NCBI GenBank assembly: GCA_903919185.1
Contig: CAIXHF010000087.1
Span: forward strand, 18,270-82,269
Direction of reading: 5' to 3'
Source: an uncultured Opitutia bacterium
GTDB taxonomy: Bacteria > Verrucomicrobiota > Verrucomicrobiia > Opitutales > UBA953
DNA length: 64,000 bases
Below the pieces are notes generated by a model. That model had not been told where the DNA came from, ran no database searches, and was given only the letters and a program-made list of their open reading frames with translations. A program made the position numbers and the translations under genes. This document shows positions 17,605 through 26,080 of the stretch, piece by piece (position 1 is the first letter of the stretch; each line of letters opens with the position of its first letter).

Positions 17605-18065
17605 GCGTAACGGGTACGGAGTCCAAACCTTCGCCCATTAGCGGGCTGGGGCTTTTCGCCACGCGCGCCTTCGCCACAGGCGAACGCATTGCCCCCTACA
17701 ACGGTGTCCTGTTAAATAGCCCTCCCGACGTCAGCACCCCGGGACAGCCCACCTATTTATTGGAAATAAGCCCGGGGCTCTGGCTCGACGGCTCAACACC
17801 CGCTAACCCTGCCCGCCACGCCAACCACTCCTGCTTGCCCAATTCTGAGCTGATACTCGATACTGCGGTCGGACACCCGTGGCTGGTCGCCTTCCGCCCG
17901 ATCGCCGCCCACGAAGAAATCACCTTTGACTATGGATTTTCGCTAGCAGAAAGCCTCTTTCACCCCTGTAAGTGCGGGGCGAAGGACTGTGTCGGAAAAA
18001 TCATTTCCTCACCGCTGCGCCCAGCCCTCCGCCGCCACCTGCGATTTTCCCGCCGAAGGGATTGA
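17601..18065 (+). CDS. SET-domain protein (putative protein lysine methyltransferase)
   Basis: 154-aa ORF with an ATGA overlap with gpsA. SET motifs: GLGLFATRAFATGERIAPYNG, NHSCLPNSE, EEITFDYGF. A post-SET Cys cluster reads CKCGAKDC. Confidence 0.85.
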   Translation: MSVTGTESKPSPISGLGLFATRAFATGERIAPYNGVLLNSPPDVSTPGQPTYLLEISPGLWLDGSTPANPARHANHSCLPNSELILDTAVGHPWLVAFRPIAAHEEITFDYGFSLAESLFHPCKCGAKDCVGKIISSPLRPALRRHLRFSRRRD

Positions 18066-18114
18066 CCCACGCCTTCTGGAAGGTCAGTTTTCGCAAGTCT
18101 ATCTTACACCATCC

Positions 18115-19518
18115 ATGAAAAAAGTCGCCCTTACTGACCTCGATCCCCGCCTGCAGAAGCAGATCACCGCGGCCGAGCAGCAACTGAAGACCAACCCACA
18201 GTATGCCATCGAAATCCTTTCAGGTATCCTTAGCCGCAACCTGGGTTGCATCGAAGTCCGTCGCACCCTCCGCAAGGCACAAAAGGTAGTCTTGGGAACA
18301 AGGAAGGGGCTCTTTGACGGCATCACCAACGCCCTCACTTCTGGAAGCATCGCCAAGGCCGCTGAAAAGGACCCCGTTGCTGCCATCGCCGAAGCCGAAG
18401 CTAAACTCGCCAAGAGCCCCGCCGATGTGAACGCGAATAAGACCATCGCCGTAGCCGCCCTTAAGTTGGAGTTCCCAGAACTCGCGGCTTTTGCCTTCGA
18501 AGAGCTCACCCAAATCGAACCCAAGCAAACCCAGCACTACGTCGACCTTTCCAACACCTGGATTACCGCTGGTGAGTACGACCTCGCCCTCGCGGCGGCT
18601 GATGCCGGTCTTAAACTGTTCCCCGGTAACGGCGACCTCGGAGAGTGCATCCGTAAGGCCTCCGTCAGCAAGACGATGAAGAAGGGCAACTGGGAAGATA
18701 AGGGTGACTTCCAGTCCAAGCTTAAGGACAAGGACGAAGCGCTGCGCCTCGAACAGTCTTCCCGCAAGGTCACCGACTCCGCCACCGCCCTCGAACAGGC
18801 CGCCGCCTTGGCCGAAAAGATCCAGGCCCAGCCGGATAGCCTCGACCTCTACCGCGACATCGTCCGTCAGTTCGTCTCCGCCGGCGACCTCGACAGCGCC
18901 ATCGCCTGGCTCCAGCGCGGCCGCCTGACGACCCTCGGTAAGGCCGACTCATCGCTTGAGCGCCAGGAAATCGACCTCATCACCCAGCGCTACGAGAAGG
19001 TCACCAAAGGCCTCAGCGATCACCTCGCCGCCTCGCCAAACGATGCCGCCTCGGCCGCTGCCCTCGCCACCAACGACAAGGAACTCACCGAATACCGTAT
19101 CCAGACGACGGCCAGCCTCGTCGAGCGCTACCCGAACGACTACTCCTTCCGCTTCGAATACGGCTCCTTGCTCTTCGGTGCTGCTCGCCTCGACGAGGCG
19201 ATCCAGCAGCTGCAGTATGCCCAGCGCAACCCGAAGTTCCGTCAGAGCTCCATCCTTGCCATCGGCAAGTGTTTCGTTGCCAGCGGTAAGTTCGACCTCG
19301 GTGTCGACCAGCTGCTCCTCGCGAAGTCCGAAGTCCCGGTGATGAACGACCTGAAGAAGGAAATCATCTACGAATTGGGCGGCGCCTACGAAAAGATGGG
19401 CCACACCAAGGAAGCCATCGAGGAATACAAGGCCATCTATATGGCCGATTCTGGCTACCGCGACGTCTCGAAGAAGATCAACGACTTCTACGAGAGCCAG
19501 AAGAACCCCACGGCCTAA
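18115..19518 (+). CDS. TPR-repeat protein
   Basis: ORF 17989..19518 trimmed to the ATG at 18115, because the upstream part overlaps the SET gene. The product is helical and repeat-rich with TPR-like A/L/Y spacing throughout. Confidence 0.7.
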   Translation: MKKVALTDLDPRLQKQITAAEQQLKTNPQYAIEILSGILSRNLGCIEVRRTLRKAQKVVLGTRKGLFDGITNALTSGSIAKAAEKDPVAAIAEAEAKLAKSPADVNANKTIAVAALKLEFPELAAFAFEELTQIEPKQTQHYVDLSNTWITAGEYDLALAAADAGLKLFPGNGDLGECIRKASVSKTMKKGNWEDKGDFQSKLKDKDEALRLEQSSRKVTDSATALEQAAALAEKIQAQPDSLDLYRDIVRQFVSAGDLDSAIAWLQRGRLTTLGKADSSLERQEIDLITQRYEKVTKGLSDHLAASPNDAASAAALATNDKELTEYRIQTTASLVERYPNDYSFRFEYGSLLFGAARLDEAIQQLQYAQRNPKFRQSSILAIGKCFVASGKFDLGVDQLLLAKSEVPVMNDLKKEIIYELGGAYEKMGHTKEAIEEYKAIYMADSGYRDVSKKINDFYESQKNPTA

Positions 19519-19583
19519 GCCGCCCTGTCCGTTCCTTCCGCCTTGCGGTCGGCCCACCCCGCCCGCTTTACTCCCTTCTGTCC

Positions 19584-21131
19584 ATGGCCCTCACTCCGTT
19601 CCAAAGCCACCTCATCGCCGACGTTGGCATCAGCATGGGAGACGAGGGCAAAGGCCGGCTTATCCCGGAGATTGTTCGCGAGCTGCAGCAGCTCACGGGA
19701 CGTCGGGACGTGGTCGGGACAGTGCTCAAGGTCAACGGCGGTGCCAACTCCGGCCACACGGTCGCTGGCCTGAAGCTCAACCTCCTCCCCGGCGGTGTCG
19801 CCGAACACGACGTGGCCTGCCTCGCCCTCGGCGCTGGGGTGGTCGCTGACCCCCGCAAGGCCCTCTGGGAAGCCCTGCCGCTCGAGAAGATCGGGATCCC
19901 CGTCCTCAACCGTCTGCTCATCGACGAACGCTGCATGGTCAGCGACGTTGCGCACCGCATCCTCGACCTCGCCTGGGAAGACTACCGCATTCACACGCTT
20001 GGCCAAGAGCCCCGCGGCTCCACGGGTCGTGGCATCACGCCCGCTTACGCTGACGAAGTCGGCCAGATGCAGATTTATTACTCCGAGTTCCTCGGTGCTC
20101 AGTCCGCCTACGCCGAGCGTCTCTCCGCCCGCCTTCATCGCGCCGGCGATACGGTCCGCGAGGTCTGCAAGTTATCTCCCGAAAAGTGGGCGGGGCTCTT
20201 TGCCAAACTCACCGAAGCGGAACTACGGGCTAACAAGGGCGCCATCGAGTCCGGCGTCTTCACGGCCACCGAATTCGACTTCACGCGCTTTGCAGGCAAG
20301 GAACCGTTCACCTTCGACCACGCGGCCGTCCTGTCCGCCTATTGGTCCGCTGGTCAAAAGTTGGCCCACACCATCGGTGACGTCCGTGACCGTATTCTCG
20401 GCGACCTCGCTGCAGACCGCCGTATCATTGGTGAGTTCGGCCAAGCCTACTGGCTCGATAAGCGCGCCGGCTTCGCCCCGAACGTTACGGCTTCCCATAC
20501 CTATACGCCCGAGTTCTTCCAGTCCGCCGGAATCCCCGTTCAAGCGATCCACACGGTCGGTTGCTGTAAGGCCTACGACACGAAGGTCGGTACGCACGTC
20601 TTCCTGACGAAGATGGAGGATGCACATCCGCTCCAACAGGCGCTCGCCAAGTTGGAATTCGGCACGAGCACCGGCCGCCAACGGATGGTCGGTTGGTCCG
20701 ACCTCGTTGAGAAGGCCGATGCGCTCCGCTACGGCGGCTATGATGACTTGGTCCTCAATAAGCTCGATGCGTTGTCGCCACACGGCACTTGGCAGGGCGG
20801 CGACTTACTGCTCTGCACGGGTTACCGCGACGCGGCCGGCCAAACCGTCATGGGGGTGCCCCGTAACGATGCCGTTCGCCGTGCGCTGAAGCCTATTTAC
20901 GCCACGCTGCCAGGCTGGCAGGCCGACATCTCTTCGATCCGTTCCTTCGCCCAGTTGCCCCCCGAAGCTCGCCGCTACGTGGCCTTCACGATGGCCGAAA
21001 TCGTCCGTCTCGCCGCCCGCGGTGGCTCGCTCCGTTCCCTGCCCAACCTGCGCTATATTGGCGTCGGCCCTGACCCGGATCAGATTATCTCCGACGTCCC
21101 CACGACGGCCGAGCTGATCAAACTGGCCTAA
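19584..21131 (+). CDS. purA: Adenylosuccinate synthetase family protein (long, divergent form)
   Basis: 515-aa ORF. PurA-type motifs: SMGDEGKGR (P-loop), [32 protein letters not shown]. It is about 80 aa longer than canonical PurA. Confidence 0.7.
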   Translation: MALTPFQSHLIADVGISMGDEGKGRLIPEIVRELQQLTGRRDVVGTVLKVNGGANSGHTVAGLKLNLLPGGVAEHDVACLALGAGVVADPRKALWEALPLEKIGIPVLNRLLIDERCMVSDVAHRILDLAWEDYRIHTLGQEPRGSTGRGITPAYADEVGQMQIYYSEFLGAQSAYAERLSARLHRAGDTVREVCKLSPEKWAGLFAKLTEAELRANKGAIESGVFTATEFDFTRFAGKEPFTFDHAAVLSAYWSAGQKLAHTIGDVRDRILGDLAADRRIIGEFGQAYWLDKRAGFAPNVTASHTYTPEFFQSAGIPVQAIHTVGCCKAYDTKVGTHVFLTKMEDAHPLQQALAKLEFGTSTGRQRMVGWSDLVEKADALRYGGYDDLVLNKLDALSPHGTWQGGDLLLCTGYRDAAGQTVMGVPRNDAVRRALKPIYATLPGWQADISSIRSFAQLPPEARRYVAFTMAEIVRLAARGGSLRSLPNLRYIGVGPDPDQIISDVPTTAELIKLA

Positions 21132-21155
21132 GGCTCCCCGACCCGCTCGTCCCGT

Positions 21156-21497
21156 ATGGACTCCTTGGAACATAACTTCGCCCTCCCGCTCTGGGCCCTC
21201 GTCGATCGCTCCAAGATTGAGGTCGGCAAGTCCGATATGCGCGGCCTCGCCCATGAGCTCGGGCGCTGGCTAAGCCATAATTTTGACATCGTCCACAAAG
21301 GCGTGGCTATCGAGGAGCCGGCCGGCACGTCCGCCGGGGAAGAACCGATGCTGGTCGTGGCCGCGGTGCCGCAACCTCAGTGGCCCATCATGATTGCGAT
21401 TGCCCAGAGCAAGGAGTGTAAACTCTTCCTCGTGCTGCCGAATGAGAAGGGCCTATTCACGCTCAAGGAGCTGAACATCCCCAAGGCCGAAGGCTAA
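21156..21497 (+). CDS. Hypothetical protein
   Basis: 113-aa ORF with an ATG start and no recognisable motif. Its stop overlaps the stop of the convergent HDAC-like gene. Confidence 0.5.
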   Translation: MDSLEHNFALPLWALVDRSKIEVGKSDMRGLAHELGRWLSHNFDIVHKGVAIEEPAGTSAGEEPMLVVAAVPQPQWPIMIAIAQSKECKLFLVLPNEKGLFTLKELNIPKAEG

Positions 21498-22366
21498 GGC
21501 CGCGAAAAGGCTTGGACGGTCTCCAGGTGGAGTTCCGCAATCTGCGCTAAACTTAAACCGCCCCACTTATAGCCGCCAGCCAAGGCGAAGAGGTGCGGAA
21601 TCTTCCGCCGCCGCGCCCACTCGGCGACGAGGCGCTCGCGCTTCCGAATAATGTCCTTGGTGATGCCCTTAAGGCCACCGGCCTTCTCGTAGGTGTCCAT
21701 GCCCGCGTTATAGATGAGGAACTCAACCGGCTCCAGGAAGTGCAAGGCGTCCACGACCTGTCCGAGATAACTCCGCGGGTCGCTGACTTCATGATAGAAA
21801 TGACGGGTGGAAACAGTCGGCTCCCAAGAGTCGAACGAGTTTACGGTGATGTCCGCCAGGTAGACGCACTGATTATCACCGAGAATGTCAAAAGTACCGC
21901 CCCCGGCGTGCGCATCGAGGTCGAGGATGCCGACGGTCTTGACCTGCTTGAGCGCCTCCAAGGCGGCCAGGGCCAAACCGTTGAACTGGCAAAAGCCATT
22001 ACCGGAGCGGCGTCGCGCATGGTGCAGTCCACTCGATAGACTCCCCGACCGACCATTACGCAGGGCTTCGTTAACGGCATCGCGCATGCCACCCGTCGAG
22101 GCAAGAATGCTATTGAGTAAGGGCAGCGACCAAGGCCCAACCTCAAGGAAAGCCCCGGTCTCCTCAAAGGTGCGGCGCACATACTCGGGGTCATGGATCA
22201 GCTCGAGTTCCTTACGGGTGGCGAGCTTCGGTGCCTGCAGGCGAACCTCCCCGGCTTGTCCTGACTCGATCAGCTCGGCGACCAGCTTGGCCTTGGTAAC
22301 AGTCTCCATCCGCCCTTTGACGACATAGGCGGGGCTATAGAAGACGGTGAGCGGTTGCGTGGACAT
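21494..22366 (-). CDS. Histone deacetylase-family (arginase/deacetylase fold) protein
   Basis: 290-aa ORF. Motifs: LHHARRRSGNGFCQFNGLA, ILDLDAHAGGGT, LAGGYKWG (catalytic Tyr region). Confidence 0.8.
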   Translation of the reverse strand: MSTQPLTVFYSPAYVVKGRMETVTKAKLVAELIESGQAGEVRLQAPKLATRKELELIHDPEYVRRTFEETGAFLEVGPWSLPLLNSILASTGGMRDAVNEALRNGRSGSLSSGLHHARRRSGNGFCQFNGLALAALEALKQVKTVGILDLDAHAGGGTFDILGDNQCVYLADITVNSFDSWEPTVSTRHFYHEVSDPRSYLGQVVDALHFLEPVEFLIYNAGMDTYEKAGGLKGITKDIIRKRERLVAEWARRRKIPHLFALAGGYKWGGLSLAQIAELHLETVQAFSRP

Positions 22367-22434
22367 GACTAAGTTATACTGCGACTACACAAGGGCGTCA
22401 AATCGACCGCCTGTCATAAGGAAACGCCCGTCAA

Positions 22435-23706
22435 TCAGCCCTTCGCCTGCCGGACCAGCCGCCGCAGAATGACTGCCGCTTCGGCCGGGCCCTCCGAGAA
22501 CATAAAGATGAGGTCTGGGCCGCTATCGCGGCTGACGACCAAGGCGTTGGTGTAAGAAACGATATCGACGACCTTGGCATACTTAAAGTTCATGTTCTTG
22601 AGCTGGCCATCGAAGACGGCTCGTTGCGCCAAGAAGAGCAGCCGGCCTGCATCAACTTGGACAACCTGATCTTCGGTCTGACGCTGCACGTCGTAGCTAC
22701 CTACGCGGTAACGGAGGCTACCGAAAATCTTGATACTCGAACCGAAACCGCCGTAGCTGCGGCGCACGGTGACACGCTTATTCTGGTAGAGCTCGACGTG
22801 CCGATCCCAATAACAAGGCTCCGTGCCCAATTCGCGGTCAGACGTGATCGGCGTTAACGGTGCCTTATAGAGCTGCCAAAGTTGGGTCGACTGCGCCAGC
22901 TGCGCCGAGAGTTCAGGCAAAGCGTCGGCGAGGTCCAACCCGTGGATATTTGCCATTCGGCGCAGCTCCCTGCCGACACTGGGGTCCAGCAAGTTCTCGT
23001 CATCTTCCCTCACCACATTCTGCTTATAGAGATCACCAAAATAGGTCTTAAAGGCGCGGAGCTTGACTTCGGAAACCACGGAAGACGGCAAGGGTACTTC
23101 CTGCGCGAGGAGCTGGAGTTGCTGGGCCTTCTCTTCCGGCGTGCCTGCCCGCATCAGGCAGGTCATCGCACCGACGGCGTAGTAGGACTCGAACTCCGCC
23201 CGATGCAGCGCCAGCGTGGTCGCCGCGTCGAACCCGAAGGTTCGGGCGAGGTTTTCGAGGTTAACCTTCTCGTCCGGCGTAAAGAGGCGATCCGCCAAAT
23301 AGGCGGCCAAGGCCTGGCGGTACCACTGCTTAAAGTCATCCTGGCAGCGCTTCCGCACATCGTACCCGAGCTTTTGCGTGAGGGCGATTATGTCAGCCTC
23401 AGAGACCAAGCATTCGCGGGGTGACGTCGCGAGTTTATCCCAGAGCAACTGCAAGCCCTTGACCTTACTTTCACGGCTAAAAAGATCGTCGAAAAAGTTG
23501 GTCTCCTTGTCGGCCGGACGAGCGAAGGGCAGCTTAGGACGCGGGGCGAGGAGCGCAGCCACCAAGTCCCATTCCTTCATACCTGGCCGCCAATAGTGGT
23601 CCGTCGGCAAGACTTCACCGGACGCCATGCGCGCGGCCAGCTCATCTGCGGTGCACGAGCCGTATTCCTGGCCAGCGCGGGCGAGATGGAGCAGGTCAGA
23701 AGCCAT
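22435..23706 (-). CDS. GYF_2-like domain protein with PH-like C-terminal region
   Basis: 423-aa ORF. The N-terminus reads LLHLARAGQEYGSCTADELAARMASGEVLPTDHYWRPGMKEWDLVAAL (GYF_2 pattern). The middle is helical and the C-terminus is beta-rich (VTVRRSYGGFGSSIKIFGSLRYRVG...). Confidence 0.65.
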   Translation of the reverse strand: MASDLLHLARAGQEYGSCTADELAARMASGEVLPTDHYWRPGMKEWDLVAALLAPRPKLPFARPADKETNFFDDLFSRESKVKGLQLLWDKLATSPRECLVSEADIIALTQKLGYDVRKRCQDDFKQWYRQALAAYLADRLFTPDEKVNLENLARTFGFDAATTLALHRAEFESYYAVGAMTCLMRAGTPEEKAQQLQLLAQEVPLPSSVVSEVKLRAFKTYFGDLYKQNVVREDDENLLDPSVGRELRRMANIHGLDLADALPELSAQLAQSTQLWQLYKAPLTPITSDRELGTEPCYWDRHVELYQNKRVTVRRSYGGFGSSIKIFGSLRYRVGSYDVQRQTEDQVVQVDAGRLLFLAQRAVFDGQLKNMNFKYAKVVDIVSYTNALVVSRDSGPDLIFMFSEGPAEAAVILRRLVRQAKG

Positions 23707-23813
23707 CCGCAGGTTCTAGGATTCCTGGGCGTTTCCGCAATGGTGGATTCTTCTAAACCGCTAACCCGGAAGCCGGAAGTGCCCCTCCTCGTTCCTGAAA
23801 CACCGCCGCCTGA

Positions 23814-25313
23814 CTACTTCTCTCCGCCTTCTTTATGCGGCTTCAAGGCCTTACCGCCGGGGACTTTCACCGGGTGCATGGCATGAATCTGCGCCTTGAG
23901 TTCTTGAAGGACTGCCGCTTGCGCCGGGTCGGCAGCTAGGTTCTTCATTTCCTGCGGATCGGTGTCATGGTCGTACAATTCTACACCTTTCGTGCCACCC
24001 TCCCACTCCGTGTAGCGCCAGCGTTCCGTGCGAATCGAATAGCCTTGGATTCCATTGATGCCTCCGCGGATAACCTGCGAATGGGCCGGGCGATTCCACG
24101 TCGCCACTGGGTCGGCTAACAGTGGACGGAGACTGACGCCTTGCAGGCCTGTCGGTGCCGCCACGCCCGCCAAGTCCGTGAGCGTGGGATAGAGGTCGAC
24201 CAGTTCGACCGTGCGCGGACTGGCCTTCCCCGCGACGCCCTTGGGCGCCACGATGATCATGGGCACGCGGGTCGATTCTTCGTAGCAACTCTGCTTCATC
24301 CAGAGTCCATGCTCGCCGAGGTGGTAACCGTGGTCGCTCCAAAAGACGATGATGGTATTATCGGCCAAACCCAACCGATCCAAGGCGTCAACGACTCGAC
24401 CAATCTGCGCGTCAACGAAGGAAATCGTAGCGTGGTAAGCTAAGCGGCACTGTTGGGCTTCTTCCGCGGTCACGCCTTTATACGGCCATGGACTAGTGGA
24501 GGCCAACGCGGCGGGCGGGACGGTGGACTTCCACGCCGGAGTTATCGGTGGCAGGACTTCGTCCTTCAGTTTATACATATCGAACCACTTCTGCGGGGCG
24601 ACCCACGGGCAGTGCGGCTTGTAGAAACCAACCGCGAGGAAGAACGGCTTATCCTTATGCGCCTCGAGGAGTTTGATGGCCTCCGTCGCGACCTTACCGT
24701 CGGTATGGTCTTCATCCTTGCCGGTCTTGTCCGCCAGGAGGGACATCGAGGAACCAAAACCCGACGTCGGCTTCATGATGAGGATATCCCGCTCCAAGGT
24801 CGTCTTGTCGCGGCCGGCGGGATTCACAACTTCTTGCCACGAGGCGGGGTCATCCAAACCGCTCGTGCCGATGTCACCCGGATTACCGTAGTGATAAATC
24901 TTCCCAACGCGGGCCGCATAGTAGCCGGCCTTACTAAAAGCTTGCGGCAAGGTGACGACGTTGGGCAGGCCCTGACGAAAATCGTAGTTAAGATCCATGA
25001 CCCGCGTGGTGTCGGGACGCAGCCCCGTCATGAGCGAAGCGCGGCTCGGCGAACACCAAGGCATCTGGCAATACACCTTATCGAAACGCACCCCGCGAGC
25101 CGCCAAGCGGTCGATATTCGGAGACTTCACGAAGGGATGACCATAGCAGGCCAGGTCGTTGTTCATGTCATCGACGGCGATGAACAAGACATTGGGCTTA
25201 CGGGCCGGGGGGGCAGGGTCCGCGGCACCTAAAGGGCTCAGGGCGACCAAAAGGCCGAGTAGTAAAAGGGGGCGCATCGGGATGGGCGCATCTTTAGGCA
25301 GTCCCCCGGGCAT
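23814..25313 (-). CDS. Sulfatase (formylglycine-dependent)
   Basis: 499-aa ORF. Motifs NVLFIAVDDMNND and the FGly motif CSPSRASLMTG. A signal-peptide-like MRPLLLLGLLVAL begins at the alternative start 25277. An AAAGAGG Shine-Dalgarno-like sequence precedes 25313. Confidence 0.88.
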   Translation of the reverse strand: MPGGLPKDAPIPMRPLLLLGLLVALSPLGAADPAPPARKPNVLFIAVDDMNNDLACYGHPFVKSPNIDRLAARGVRFDKVYCQMPWCSPSRASLMTGLRPDTTRVMDLNYDFRQGLPNVVTLPQAFSKAGYYAARVGKIYHYGNPGDIGTSGLDDPASWQEVVNPAGRDKTTLERDILIMKPTSGFGSSMSLLADKTGKDEDHTDGKVATEAIKLLEAHKDKPFFLAVGFYKPHCPWVAPQKWFDMYKLKDEVLPPITPAWKSTVPPAALASTSPWPYKGVTAEEAQQCRLAYHATISFVDAQIGRVVDALDRLGLADNTIIVFWSDHGYHLGEHGLWMKQSCYEESTRVPMIIVAPKGVAGKASPRTVELVDLYPTLTDLAGVAAPTGLQGVSLRPLLADPVATWNRPAHSQVIRGGINGIQGYSIRTERWRYTEWEGGTKGVELYDHDTDPQEMKNLAADPAQAAVLQELKAQIHAMHPVKVPGGKALKPHKEGGEK

Positions 25314-25353
25314 TCAAACCTCTTTCCTTCCTCGCAACTTCCCGGTGCGGCCG

Positions 25354-25372
25354 TTGTTATATTGTATATATG
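25354..25372. promoter_or_regulatory. AT-rich divergent promoter candidate
   Basis: GTTGTTATATTGTATATATG is a roughly 80% AT island in GC-rich DNA. TATATT (25358-25363) ends 6 nt before the ATG at 25370, suggesting a possible leaderless transcript. On the other strand, TACAAT lies about 45 nt upstream of the sulfatase ATG. Confidence 0.3.
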
Positions 25373-26065
25373 AACACCACCCCCCTCGCCTGCTGGCTCC
25401 TGACTGCCACCCTACTCGTTGCCGCTGACGCCCCGCAGGGCGATACCCCTCCGACGGCCTCGCAACCTCAGGTCCAGCGCCCCCAGCGCGACCGCGCCAA
25501 CGGCCAAGTCGGTAACAATGAAACCTCGCGCGTCCAACGCCAAGGCGGTGACCGCACTCCGACCACCCCGCAGCTGAGCGGCTGGGTCTACATCCCACCC
25601 CAAGGCGGCCAGAACGGCCCCATCCCCGCCAAGCCCGACTTCACCCCCGGCAACCCCGGTAAAGAGCCCGCCGCCCAGGGTCGCAACATCCAACCGCAGT
25701 TCGGGAATGGCCAAGGCTCTCCCAACGAGAACGGCCGCGGTGGTAATGCCCAGCCACAGAATCAGGTCCAGCGTCCCACCAACGCCCTGACGCCCGACGA
25801 ACAGCACAAGTTACAAGAGACCATGGAAAAACTGAAGGATAATGCCGACTTGAAAGAAGCCCGCGAGGTCTCCCTCAAGGCCCGCAAGTCTGCCGAGGAA
25901 GCCACGCGCAAGGAACATGAGTTGACCCAAGCCGCCGCGCTCAAGCTCGATCCTGCGCTCGGCCCGATTTTTGAAAAAATGCATAAGGCGCTCACCGCCC
26001 AGAATCAGCCGCAGGTCCGACGGGGCGAACAGACCCCGGCCCGTCGCGAAGAGCCCGGCCGCTAA
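25370..26065 (+). CDS. Secreted Gln/Pro/Gly-rich low-complexity protein, hypothetical
   Basis: 231-aa ORF with an N-terminal signal-like segment (LACWLLTATLLVAADA), a long Q/P/G/N-rich stretch and a helical C-terminus. Confidence 0.55.
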   Translation: MNTTPLACWLLTATLLVAADAPQGDTPPTASQPQVQRPQRDRANGQVGNNETSRVQRQGGDRTPTTPQLSGWVYIPPQGGQNGPIPAKPDFTPGNPGKEPAAQGRNIQPQFGNGQGSPNENGRGGNAQPQNQVQRPTNALTPDEQHKLQETMEKLKDNADLKEAREVSLKARKSAEEATRKEHELTQAAALKLDPALGPIFEKMHKALTAQNQPQVRRGEQTPARREEPGR

Positions 26066-26080
26066 GCCTAGGCTAATTTG

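Noticed and set aside
17989-18114. Upstream extension of the TPR protein ORF
   Set aside because: It overlaps the 3' end of the SET gene in another frame. The ATG at 18115 gives a typical N-terminus.
21156-21497. Small ORF next to the HDAC-like gene considered as a toxin-antitoxin or regulator partner
   Set aside because: The genes are convergent rather than co-directional. No HTH or toxin motif is visible, so there is no support beyond adjacency.
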